A stretch of DNA of 59,581 nucleotides, counting the filler, from Dirinaria sp. TL-2023a (Eukaryota), in the NCBI GenBank assembly GCA_051941275.1. It is 2 parts of 2 records of this genome, joined end to end, with 100 filler letters (N's around TTAATTAATTAA, not from the genome) between each part and the next. Parts side by side here need not be neighbours in the genome. Positions count along the whole stretch, not along the records: positions 1 to 29,820 come from JAVEBF010000111.1; 1 more part is not named here. The stretch is one strand, 5' to 3'. Positions 11,701 to 23,439 of this stretch are shown here, piece after piece (the stretch's first letter is position 1; each line of letters begins with the position of its first letter). The notes beneath the pieces were generated by a model that saw nothing but the letters and a program-made list of their open reading frames with translations, was not told the origin of the DNA and did not search any database. Position numbers and translations under genes: made by a program.

Positions 11701-13024
11701 CGGCCAAGCTTAATGGTGCATCTCCGTCGCCAGGCTAAGTCTTCCAAAAACGATCGATTTGCAGAAATGCTTCTAAGATGTCAGTATAGAACCTGCTTTG
11801 ACTTGTGACTTGAGTCGACTTACTTGACTTCGTTATGCTCGAGTCCGTTATTCATATAAGACTGATTTGCAGGGTTGAACCACGATATCTGCGAATTGTG
11901 TGTTACAACTTTAACACTTTAAAATCAAGGAAATCGTGAATCAAATTCGTGCGAGACTGCAATACATGCAGAAGCGACACTTGCATTAGGAGTATGATCG
12001 TACTACCTTGGAATAGATGAGAATCTTGGTGGCTTCAGGTAGGGTCTGCCGACTTCCTTTTCTCCTACCCTTGGCAGGCGCCACGCCAAATTCGGCTCGG
12101 GTTTTGATCACCTGCGGTGGACGGACACACTGGCTCGACTGGACAGTGAACAGTGACTGCTCAGTGACCGCCGCCCACATTCCACCCAGCTCCGCTCTAC
12201 CTACATGATGAAGCAGAACATGCTAAAGGTAGAGGAGCATGGGATCTGCATGAATAATACTCGGTGTTCAAATCAGTGAGGAACCCTTGTCGATGCTGAC
12301 CTTAATAAACGATAGTCCCTTGCGATTGAAGACGACCCCCGGCCCATCTCCCAGCAACGAATTAATACCTTTTTCCACCGATATTTGATGCTTGACCAAC
12401 TACCCTGAGCTCTGGCCATGCTGTAGTCCGATGACGATTCCCTCTGCCTTATTCAATCCTACACACCTCCCTGCCGCTTGTCTCCTTTGTGTGCTGGGAG
12501 TAAGGTAAGGTAGGGTTTGGAGTGACTCAAACAGGACCACCTTGAAAAGCATGTCTTACGAGAGCTGATATGATTCCATAGATACTTAGGGCTATCAGTA
12601 CTTCATCGGATTCGCAAAGCATGTCTACGCGAGTCTACTCAAACAGCGCAAGAGAAGAGGCCTAGTATTTCCCAGCCAAACGGTTTTCGCGAAACTTGTG
12701 AGAGGATATCAATTAGCAATTTCCAGGATGTTGTACTCGTACCTGTTTCGCTTTCCACTGATACGTTAATGATGTTCAGCACTTGGGTCCTGGAACCGCT
12801 CGTACATCACCCTGCCTTTCCAGTAGACACAAGGCTGCAGAGGACTGGCTGGCTCATTGAGAAGCATGTGGTATACAATAATTAAAATCGCGGATTTCGT
12901 CAGCTTGCTCAGATTCTATGCACAGAACAACTCAAGCTCCTTCATTGTGATACTGTGATAGGCATATGACTGCAATTGATTGATCTTCGCTATCTTTCAG
13001 ACCAATCAGCTGAGCATAGCTTGT

Positions 13025-14254
13025 CTACCTCTTCATAGAATTGATCATCTCTTGATGTGTTGCCTTATCCTTGTTCGCTTCCGTCAAAGGTGGTATACCT
13101 GCATGTAGTCAATGAGTGATAGAAGAGCAGGTATTCGCTACGTGCAACATACTTCTCAGATCTCCCACAACGTCCTTCGCCTTGCCGAAGTAAACCTCCT
13201 CTGCAAAGGATTAGCCTTGAACGCCTGCCTCATCCATTGAATTCTGATGTTTACGTAAAAGATTCCTCATCTTCAATTCCATGTCTTCCACGAGTCGGCC
13301 CACATTGACAATATGGCTTGCATCATCTTGGACAGGCATATCTTGTTCTATCTGCCTCGTCATGTTTCCACTAAGGTCCATATCGCCCAGGGTTTCGGTC
13401 TTCGAGCCTAGTTGTAATATGACCGTGCTAGTGAGCTTGTAGTGTGCCGCTCGTGCTCGGTCAATAGCCTCGAATACATGAATGGAATCCCAAGCACCTT
13501 CGGTTTTACCTTTCGGCGTTGCTGGGAACCTAATTAGCGCTTACGATGATTCGAGGATGGACGCAAGCGATTGATGCCTCGCGTACTCTTCTTAAGCAGC
13601 ACAACCCCAGCAAAGCCATCGTCGAGGTCCCAGAAGTAAACACTGCTCACACCACCCTCGTAATACCTGCCATCCATTGATATGTCAGGAACATGTGGAA
13701 CAAAGTCAATATAATACGGATCCATAGATCTGCCAGTATTATATACCTTCCCATCTTTTCGAAGCATGAAGGAGTGGGATATTGGTGGGCACCCGCCTCC
13801 ATGTGGGCGCAGTGACGCAGAGCCTTCGTCTGGAGAAAGGAAAACAGGTAGAACTCACAATTCCCTATACACATCGACGCCCTCACCCATTCCTACCTCC
13901 ATTTTCCTAACTCTCTCGCTCGGCTTCGCACCCTCCTCACCTTCAGGCAACTCGGGGTAAAACTCATTACTCCACGGACTTCGCCAGCTATCTCCGTCCC
14001 GATTGTAGTCACAGAGTAAATAATCACGGCCGGTCTTCTTGCATTGTCGAATCTCTAGCGGCTGATCGACAGAGGAGAGGAGATCCTCCGTTAGATCCGG
14101 GGCAAGGGCGCAGATACGGTTGAGGTTAGCAGTAGTGGAGTGGGGTGGAAGGCGCCGGAGAAGATCACTGATGAGAGAGCATCAGCTGGATTACATTGGG
14201 AATGCAAGGTAATTGGTATTACAGGGCACTGTCGAATTGCGTGTCTGCCGACAT
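13025..14254 (-). CDS. CAP2: F-actin capping protein beta subunit (multi-exon)
   Basis: Spliced translation [19 protein letters not shown]...LLSSVDQPL...[20 protein letters not shown]...[27 protein letters not shown]...WDSIHVFE...YKLTSTVIL...GNMTRQ...[15 protein letters not shown]. Confidence 0.95.
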
Positions 14255-14531
14255 TATAGCCTGGAGTGAAGTGGTAGATTCGAAAGCTGATTTTACTTAA
14301 CATCGACCTTGTGTTTACTTGCTGCCATCATGCCGTCATAAGGTATGTAATAGACTGATAACACAACGTCGCGGTAGGACATTAAGCTATTCACGATTCT
14401 TTCGGAAATTATCTTTGAGAATATCTAGCTGTCTATCTGGATGTACGCTAAAAAGCAGCGACGTTTCAGAGAACCCTACGGCGAACAAGCATCTCCTAGA
14501 GCTCTAAGCATCATTCGTCATCACTATCATC

Positions 14532-17500
14532 CTAAACAACCATCCGCCTTGTTTTTCGCCGACTGGACCTTGCGGGCGGGTCCGCTTTTGCTATTGACTG
14601 TACCGATTTCATCATCAAAGTTCCAAACTCTGGCAGATCCTCCCCAGACTCTGAATCTTGGTCATTTCCTTGGTTAGGTGAAGCGTAAAAACGTTTCTTT
14701 AGGGCCAAAGACGGTGGCAAAGAGGCTGAAGATCTGGCTTTCAAGCCTACGAAGGTCTCTGATCCCGTAGAGTCCTCCATGTCGAGATTGGTTTCCTCAT
14801 CAGACAAGAGATCAACTGACATCTGCGCTGGGGCTGCGCAGCGAGGAGATATCACCAGTGGGCTTGGTATTGCTCCAGCAATCTCTTGAGATGATGCTGA
14901 AAAAGGAGATTTTTCGCCATGGCGGCTAAAGGTGCCCCGAGCATAAGCAGTGCGCTCCGCAGCTTGCTCATTGCTTGCCCGGCGATCTTCAGGTTGAAGA
15001 GCCTTTTCATATCTGCCACTCATCCTGGTCGCACAATCATGCATCGTTCTAAGCATTGACACGGTACGCTTGGTCAATTGTCCATGTGTGACACGTCCAA
15101 TCGGCCGTAAAGACCGCTGAAGATGAGGGAATACATCTAAACTTGGTACGTGGACGAGTTGCTGCGTATCTCCTTGAACATCCAAATAGCTGCGTTCAAG
15201 TTCTTTCGCTTGCTCCACACTGAGCAGTACCTCACTGAGTGCAGGTACGGAGATAGGTAAAGAGCTGGTCCTACGTGCTGGCGGAAAGTCCGCCACAGAG
15301 ATCTCATCATCGCTTCCCTCATTGTCCAAATGCGATGCCTTGAGAAACCCGGTCCGAACATTGTCTGGCATATGGAATTTTTTAGGGGGCCTCCTAGGCG
15401 CTTTAAGCTTTTTCGAGGGTTCTGGTAGCTCGGACTGTGTATTCTCAGGAGGAATATCGACAATCTTCTTGTCGACTACAGGCTGTATGCTTTTCGGAAC
15501 GATTCGCCGGTTCCTTTCGTCATGAAAGTTGAATCTACTTCCAGCAGCTATCTCATGTTGCATCTTCTCATAATTGTCCTTTGCCTTCAGGAAATTGCTC
15601 TCCTCCTTACCCCTCATCAATGTCACAACAATGTTGCCAGCCCTCTTCCGTCCTGTCCGGCCCATCCTTTGCAACATGCGAATCGGTGAGGCAGATGCGT
15701 CATAGCATATGATTAGGTCGATTTCGCCGATATCAAGGCCCTCTTCGCCAATAGATGTTGCAACAAGTGTATTATAGACACCGCGTTGAAAGTCCCCAAT
15801 GATTGACAGCTGCTTTTTCTGATCCATGCCCTCAGATCCCTTGGAGTTCGCCTGTCCGACGAATACGTGAGGCCGTATCATTGGCTCGTTTCGTTTCAAG
15901 ACCCTTGCAATTTCCTCGGCACTGTCTCGATAATGGGCAAAGATCATGATCCTCGTGCGAGACGGGTCCGCCGCTCCTCGGCCGTCGCCTGCATCCAAGA
16001 AATGGTTCATTGCGACGCGTTGCACATATTCTAGCTTCGGATGGCCTATAAAGTCTGAATTACTTACCCAAGCCCGAAGCCGTGTCATCATGGTATTGAA
16101 ATGGCTAGATTCTGTGACTTGCCTTGCCGGCTTGCCACTCTCTTCTTGGAAAGCAATAATTTTATGAAAGAATGGACCGATTCCATGGAATTTGAGCAGC
16201 TCAGTTCCGTGCGAAAGGCTTGCCAGCAGGGAAAAGGTCGTCAAAACCTTGTTCTTCGTGCCCCAATGCGCCTTTTTCCCTGCATCTGATGCCATCCAGC
16301 TCCTACTAGCCTGACTACAGCCGTATGGAGTCAGCGTCATTGGATCCTTAGCCCAGTACGCGTTCATGCCATTGAGCTCATTAAGGAGAGGTTGGAGAGC
16401 TTTCGAGAACAATTCCATCGCCATGACGATTTCATCAGAATAGTCGAATAAAACGGTGTCGATCCTCCGAGGATGCACATACTGCCGTATGTCAAGAGAC
16501 TCCTCGGTCCTGATCTCGATCCTGGATATCCCCAGACCATCAATAACGGCCTGAACGCTTTCGACAGACGCACCCGGAGTAGCCGTCAAAGCCAGTACTC
16601 TAAAGCTAGTGTTGAAACGGTTGAGAAACTTGACTACCTCGACGTACGCATAGCTACCCGTCGCACGATGCGCTTCATCGACGACGAGCAGGACAATTCG
16701 TTTGGGGTCTGCGATACCGGTCTTAAGGTCGTTGATGAGGGTTTGCGGTGTCATGAAAAAAACTCTCTTTTTTGTCCATTCTTCTGCTCGAATCCCGGGA
16801 GAGGTGTTCCCTGTAAGCATGACTGTTGTGGACCTTGGTATACCAGCTACTTCAAAGCAGGCTTTGACCTGCTGTGAAACCAAGGGTCTTGTAGGTGCGA
16901 CAAACACGATCTGTGACTTCCGAGTCCAACGAAACCAATTGAGCATTATTGTAGCTGCAATGAACGTCTTGCCAAGTCCAGTCGGTAAAGCTACCAGCAT
17001 ATTGTGATAAAGGCCTTTCGTTACAATACCGTACTGGTACTCACGAATAGTCCCCAAATTGGTCGGATAGACCCACGTCCGGAGCGATTCATGGTCTAAC
17101 TCGTGATGTGTTGGCGGCTCTTCTCTGCTTGCTAAAGGCCAGTTGCGACGTCTTGCAGGCAGTGTTGGTATCTGGCAATCCTGGGCTTGTTGGCCGTACA
17201 GGTTGGTTTGCCGTAGGTTCGTCTGTGGAGCCTTCAGCGCATGATGACGCTGTGGCGGTTCTCTATTAGATATAGTTGGACATTGTGACGGGACTACCGG
17301 CGAATTATCAGCAGCGCCATTTGCAGGCTTTCCGGGAGACGAAAATGCGTCAGAGGGAAGGTCTGCAAGGATATCATCATAATCGTCCTCTGAGTTAAAA
17401 CCAGTGTGTGCTTCTATTTGCTCCGGAGCATTCATGGAGTTTGGTGTGTCCATCTTCTCTTGAGAGAGTGTGGTCTGGTGAAGGTCACTACGACGGGCGG

Positions 17501-17972
17501 AGGGCGCGTTGGCGGATACAGCGTTTGTGATTGGCGACTTCCTAGGTTTTTGCCAATAGAATTCTTCGATGCGGTATGGACTAGAACATCTACGAGGGGG
17601 TTGCGTGTAAAACGCGTCCACAGGCAACTCGCCATTTTTAGGAATATGAATTCTGCGTCTAGATTTGAGTTTCTCTTGTGGCGTCTCCGGCTGCGGACGT
17701 GCGCTCGAATCCTCGACGGATATGTTGGGTCCAAGTGTGCCTGATGGGTATGTCGAGTTCTCGTGAGAGGAAGCATCATGCTGAGTTTCCGACTGTTCAC
17801 ATTCATTGAGTTTTCGGCGCTTGCTCTTCGGTTCGAGCAAAGGGTGGTGTTCTGTTATTTCCGAATTTTCGCCCGACGAGCTATACGATACCGTTTTCTC
17901 CACTGTCAAGCCTTCGATGTCTGCATCGCCAATGCTCGTCATGCTTTCCTGGCTTCTGAGCACAGTTCGCAT
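14532..17972 (-). CDS. MPH1: Mph1/FANCM-family DEAH ATP-dependent DNA helicase
   Basis: WVYPTN..REYQ, LPTGLGKT, VVDEAHRATG, LTATPG, ATSIGEEGLDIGE, LQRMGRTGRKR. Start codon uncertain. Confidence 0.93.
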   Translation of the reverse strand: MRTVLRSQESMTSIGDADIEGLTVEKTVSYSSSGENSEITEHHPLLEPKSKRRKLNECEQSETQHDASSHENSTYPSGTLGPNISVEDSSARPQPETPQEKLKSRRRIHIPKNGELPVDAFYTQPPRRCSSPYRIEEFYWQKPRKSPITNAVSANAPSARRSDLHQTTLSQEKMDTPNSMNAPEQIEAHTGFNSEDDYDDILADLPSDAFSSPGKPANGAADNSPVVPSQCPTISNREPPQRHHALKAPQTNLRQTNLYGQQAQDCQIPTLPARRRNWPLASREEPPTHHELDHESLRTWVYPTNLGTIREYQYGIVTKGLYHNMLVALPTGLGKTFIAATIMLNWFRWTRKSQIVFVAPTRPLVSQQVKACFEVAGIPRSTTVMLTGNTSPGIRAEEWTKKRVFFMTPQTLINDLKTGIADPKRIVLLVVDEAHRATGSYAYVEVVKFLNRFNTSFRVLALTATPGASVESVQAVIDGLGISRIEIRTEESLDIRQYVHPRRIDTVLFDYSDEIVMAMELFSKALQPLLNELNGMNAYWAKDPMTLTPYGCSQASRSWMASDAGKKAHWGTKNKVLTTFSLLASLSHGTELLKFHGIGPFFHKIIAFQEESGKPARQVTESSHFNTMMTRLRAWVSNSDFIGHPKLEYVQRVAMNHFLDAGDGRGAADPSRTRIMIFAHYRDSAEEIARVLKRNEPMIRPHVFVGQANSKGSEGMDQKKQLSIIGDFQRGVYNTLVATSIGEEGLDIGEIDLIICYDASASPIRMLQRMGRTGRKRAGNIVVTLMRGKEESNFLKAKDNYEKMQHEIAAGSRFNFHDERNRRIVPKSIQPVVDKKIVDIPPENTQSELPEPSKKLKAPRRPPKKFHMPDNVRTGFLKASHLDNEGSDDEISVADFPPARRTSSLPISVPALSEVLLSVEQAKELERSYLDVQGDTQQLVHVPSLDVFPHLQRSLRPIGRVTHGQLTKRTVSMLRTMHDCATRMSGRYEKALQPEDRRASNEQAAERTAYARGTFSRHGEKSPFSASSQEIAGAIPSPLVISPRCAAPAQMSVDLLSDEETNLDMEDSTGSETFVGLKARSSASLPPSLALKKRFYASPNQGNDQDSESGEDLPEFGTLMMKSVQSIAKADPPARSSRRKTRRMVV

Positions 17973-18477
17973 GCGAGCTGGTAGTGTAGCATTCTCATGA
18001 TCAGTAGAGTGACGGTTAGCCCTTTAAGCTCTGGCAGCCTCTCGGATCAAGTAGATCGCTTGCTAACAAAACCTACCTAGAGTATGGGCTGCTGTATCGC
18101 ATTCAGTAGCTTGGAGGAAGTCCGTACTTAAGGTATGTATAAAAAGGTACTCAAATTGGCTAAGGTAAGGTACTCTTCAGGTTAACGCGTCCCACAACAC
18201 GCCATACAACGGCGGCGGCAAACGCGAACTACCTTGCCGTAAGTTCGCGTACAGTTTTACTAGGCCCAAATAGATAGTCACACTAATCCCCTCCTTCCTA
18301 GTCGGTCAGGATAATCCTTCGCTATTTGTACTCGTACCTTACTTACCTTAGTAGCAAGACATGCAGCGATTTGGTGCTTTCTCACATATTTTCTTCATCT
18401 ATGAAAGGCCTGCACTTTGAATAAATTGGTAGCTGACTACTAAGGCAATATCTTACTCGGCTCCCGCTCCCGCTCCT

Positions 18478-19724
18478 CTACACGCTCTTCCTTGGTCGGC
18501 CAGGTCCACGTTTGGTGGATTGCTCGGGGGCAAGCCCAGAACCCTCCACACTCATATTTTTGCATGCGGGTCCGCGGCGCTTCTTCGTCGCTACACCAAT
18601 CTCATTTCCTTCCCCGCTGGATTCCTCGTCATATGCTGGCCTCCCTCGCTTGCCTTTGCCTGAAGCTTGAATATTCTCACAGCTTGCATCCATCAGCACC
18701 TCCTGAGGCCGATCACGTCTTGGCATCGTGTCCATCACCTGCCCGGTGTTGTTTGCTTGAGTCTCGATATTACGAGTCAACCGGCTTTGTCTTCGATTCC
18801 GTTGTTCTTTGGTCCACGGAAGACCGTGACTATGCATCTCAACTGCAAGACGGAAAATGTAGTCCAAGCTTACTGCAGTTAGCAGGATTCAATATAAGCT
18901 TTGGGCAAAGAACCTCTCAGCCTGTGTCTTCGCTTTATGGACGTTATCGCCCCACACATATCTACCAAAGTCAGGGCATACGCGCCTCGGTAGAAACGCT
19001 TGGAGACTTACACGCCATGTCGGCGGACCAGAACCGCATACGTATCGGGAAACTTATCCATAGCCTCTTCTAAACTTTGCGTAAGGTCCTCTTCGCTATG
19101 ACAAAAACATTAGTCATGATCTTTGCTTTGAGACTGTCACGCAAATTACTGAGCGGTGTTATCGATTATAGGAACCTGCAGCCGGTCGTAGAAGCCCATC
19201 ATCCCCAATTTTCCTTTGCCCTTAGGTAAACCCTTGATCTGCTCGATCTCCTCGATTTCGAAGCATGTCTCTTTCAGGCTGGTGCCAGCAATCAAGGCAT
19301 CTTCCTCCACCAACAGTGTCACCAGCACTGCCCACTGACTGTGAGTATGTATGCAACATCCAGCACCTCTGTCGAAAGCAGCAAGGAACAAAGGCGTGCA
19401 AGCCGAAGGCTTGAGCCCAGATGGTTTACGGAGATATGAGCGAGTCGCTCGCTGTAGGACAAAGATGTCCGACGGCTGTATGAGCTCTTTCTGTACACCC
19501 GAAGGAGCAATGAAGATGTGAGAGTCCTGAACAATGGATGTCCCGCCACCGGTGCCGGTCACCCATCCTAAGTTATAAAAATTCCGACATAAGGTGCAAA
19601 TCAGATTTGCCGGATGCGTAGGATCATTGGATGTAATAAGATCATCATTGTTCGTTACTGCATCGCGAGCTTCAGGGGGGTTTTCCAATGATGAATCCAT
19701 GATTGCTTGAATAGATGATGCCAT
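18478..19724 (-). CDS. MDE1: Methylthioribulose-1-phosphate dehydratase (MtnB/APIP) with a long basic C-terminal extension; exons 19724-19150, 19095-19012, 18961-18914, 18868-18478
   Basis: [66 protein letters not shown]. An upstream in-frame ATG at 19751 is an alternative start. Confidence 0.9.
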
Positions 19725-20884
19725 AGCAATTTGACGAGGTGGCCGATACATGCAACAGCAAGAGAAAATTAGAAATGAGACAGTCTTGAGGTGATCGGAG
19801 GTGAGAGGATATTGAATACTAGAGTGACACTGCAGAGTGAATCTCCCACTCGTTTGGGGATTTGCGCGCCAGGGTAGGACAGCTCTTGCTGAATGAGTTC
19901 ACTTCTACTACCTCAGGAATTGAGAACCCCAGCCCTTTGCATTGAATAACTTGTTCAACGCGCAATATTTATTTTGCATTTTCTTTTTTCTTCCATTTGC
20001 GCTTCGGCAAGCGTAGTGGGACAGTCTTCGCTAATAAGTCGTCATAGTTCCATCACGTGTTTTGCGAATCACATGTTCAGAAGGAGAAGGCATGGAGAAC
20101 TGGTGGCGTTTTCGTTGAGTAGCAAACTTGCTCAAGGAGGAGGGCATGCGTTGCGGAGGCAAAACGCAGGGGAAATCCCATTTCCTACCTGCATTGTGGT
20201 AAGGTAGGCCACTTCTGCCGTTGCTTCCAGGAAATGTTGAGGTCAGTTTGTCCTCCCCGAATCGTGAATCCAATGCATAGCGCGGGTTTGCAATCAGCAC
20301 GTACTCGTTAAGTGCACTCAAATAGTTGCCGATGCGCATAGTACTATCCCAGCAGATACATGCCTGGAAATTCACAATGTAAAACATTGCTGCGTGCATT
20401 GCAGCAGTATATCAATACCTGGTATGATACTCAAATGGAAGTTGGATCCATTTTGGATCGACGAACATAAAGGCCAGGTAGCTTTCTGCATGTTACGAGA
20501 GTCCTTTAAGGTAGTACCAGTGGTTGAGAGTAAGGTATCGAGTCACGGATTCAAGGGAAGGGTTCCTTGTGCCTGGAGGTGCCTTGCGAAGCTTACAGGC
20601 AAACTCGTAACAGCACTGGTTACGTTACCTTACTAGTCCTGTACTTTACGGGTCGCCAAATCCTGTGACTTTTTGCGATTCGCGGATACTTCCGCGGCAG
20701 CGCTAAACCGGATCTATGAATCTTACAAGTGTCCTTTTTCCTTTGAGCGCAATCCTTAAAACGCTGCTACTACAGGCCGATCTTCTCTGTTCCTCCCCCT
20801 CTCCAAAAGTTCCGTGCCACATTCCATATCAATTAAAATTCTCTTGAATGACTTCGGCTGTTCAGTAAATATTCTTGTGTGAAG

Positions 20885-22855
20885 ATGCGTGTCAACGCAG
20901 CAATCCTATCGGCATTGTGCTCGTCTGCTGCCCTTCTGGGTCAAGTACGAGCAGACGACGACGACGATGCTGCCGGTTCAACCTCAATCTCTGTGACTGA
21001 GTCATCCACATCGTCTGCCCTAGAGAAGCCTACCTTCACGGTACGTGTTATCAAGTCCGCTTCTGGTCTGCTTTGGTACCATCCGCACTGCTAAAATCGT
21101 GCCAGCCGTCAAGCTTCAAAGCACCTTTCTTTGAGCAATTCACGGACGACTGGGATTCTCGCTGGGCTCCATCTCACGCAAAGAAAGAAGACTCGAAGGC
21201 TACCGAAGAGTGGGCATACGTTGGAGAATGGGCGGTGGAGGAGCCTACTGTCCTTAAGGGCATAGAAGGTGACAAGGGTCTTGTAGTCAAGAACCCAGCA
21301 GCGCACCATGCCATATCGGCCAAATTCGACAAGCCTGTGGATAATAAAGGAAAGACTCTTGTCGTCCAGTATGAAGTCAAATTACAGAGTGAGTCCGCTC
21401 AGGTCAGGCTGCCGCTTAACCCTAGCGGAGCTGATAAGTGAGATACAGACGGTCTTGAATGTGGAGGTGCCTATATGAAGCTCCTAAAAGATAACAAGGC
21501 ACTACATGCCGAGGAGTTCTCTAACGCTTCCCCGTACGTTATTATGTTCGGGCCGGACAAATGCGGAGCCACAAATAAGGTGGGTGAAGGTTATTCTCCG
21601 GAACACCGATTACGAGCGCTAACCTTCCTAGGTCCATTTCATCTTCAAGCACAAGAACCCCAAGACTGGCGAATATGAGGAGAAACACCTTAAGAGTGCT
21701 CCTATGGCACGCATCGTGAAGACGACTTCCCTCTACACGCTCATCGTAAATCCAGATCAGACCTTCACTATTAAAGTTGACGGGGAGGAATTGAAGACTG
21801 GTAGCCTTCTTGAGGATTTTACGCCGTCCGTTAACCCAGAGAAGGAGATTGATGATCCTAAGGACACCAAACCCGATGACTGGGTCGATGAAGCCCGTAT
21901 CCCTGACCCAGAGGCCGTCAAACCAGAAGACTGGGATGAAGACGCCCCTTATGAGATCGTCGACGAGGAGGCTACGAAGCCCGATGACTGGCTCGAGGAT
22001 GAGCCTTCCATGATCCCTGATCCCGAGGCGGAGAAGCCGGAGGACTGGGATGATGAGGAAGACGGAGACTGGATACCACCAAGCGTAACAAACCCTAAAT
22101 GTGAGGAAGTCTCTGGCTGCGGCAAATGGGAACCACCAATGAAAAAGAACCCTGAATATAAAGGCAAATGGTCGCCAGAATATATTGACAATCCAGCCTA
22201 CAAAGGTGTCTGGAAACCAAGAAAAATTGCAAACCCCGATTACTTCGAGGACAAGACCCCAGCCAATTTCGAGCCCATGGGAGCTGTATGTTGTTTCTTG
22301 CCCGTTAGACTAAGCTGAATGCTAATCGTCGCGCAGATTGGGTTCGAAATCTGGACAATGCAAAACGACATCCTTTTTGACAACATCTACATTGGCCACT
22401 CTGTCGATGACGCCGAAAAGCTCAAAGCAGAGACGTACGACATCAAACACAAAATTGAAACTGCCGAAGAGGAAGCCTCCCAACCAAAGCCAGCTGAGAC
22501 ACCAAAGTCCCCAATGGATCTCAAATTCATGGAAGATCCTGTACATTATATCCGCGAGAAGCTTGATCTCTTCATCACCATCGCGAAGGGCGATCCTGTT
22601 CAAGCCATTAAATTCATGCCTGAGGTTGCTGGAGCCATTGGAACTGTCGCTGCTATCACCATAGCCACCTTTGTTATCCTCTTAACCCGGTCGGGCGCAA
22701 GCACACCGCCTCAGGTGAAGAAGGCCGCGGAGAATGTGAAAAAGAGCGCTGTTGACACGAAAGATCAAGTTGTTGACGCCGCGACTTCTGGGTCGGAGAA
22801 AGTGCAAGCTGAAGTTAATAAGAGGACTACAAGGTCGTCTGGTCCAGCTGAATAA
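20885..22855 (+). CDS. CNE1: Calnexin; exons 20885-21040, 21106-21388, 21449-21579, 21632-22285, 22337-22855
   Basis: Signal peptide, [29 protein letters not shown]-domain repeats (IPDPEA.KPEDWD, G.W.P..I.NP.YKG), GFEIWTMQ, C-terminal TM helix. Confidence 0.96.
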
Positions 22856-23439
22856 ATGCTGTTTTAGTACGACGATGATGAGGTGATATACTCGCTTTAG
22901 TGGATCTTCTGCAGACTAAAAGTGGTTGGTTCACTCTAGGCAAGCTGCAGCCGTGGGGAAGGAAATTGCATGTTCAAGGAGATAATTACTGAGAAATGCG
23001 CTTTACTCTGATGTGGCATGTGTACGATATATGGACAAAAGTTGTTCAATTCGTAGAACCGTCCTTCGCAGTCCTTTCCAGCGTCGCTCATTGGACTTAA
23101 AAAGATGTACATCATGAGTGCCCTGTGAGCCCACCTCTCCATGGCAAAAGACGGGTTAATACAGAAGATCTTTCTAAGTACAACCTAAAGTATTCGTATA
23201 TGATAATGTAAGGTAGGTAAAGGTACGAGTACTCGTATTTAAGACACTCTTAAATTGCCGAAACCCCGCCTACTACTGCTCTCCCCTCACTCGATCCCCT
23301 CATTTGCAATTCACCTAAATCTTCAAGACAGAAAAAAACTGTGTTGATCAGTCGGTTGTGTCGAGGCAGCGATGGACGAGCCGTTTCTACCTCGTATCAC
23401 GATTGGATGCCCTTATATCATGCAGACTTGCTGAACAAA

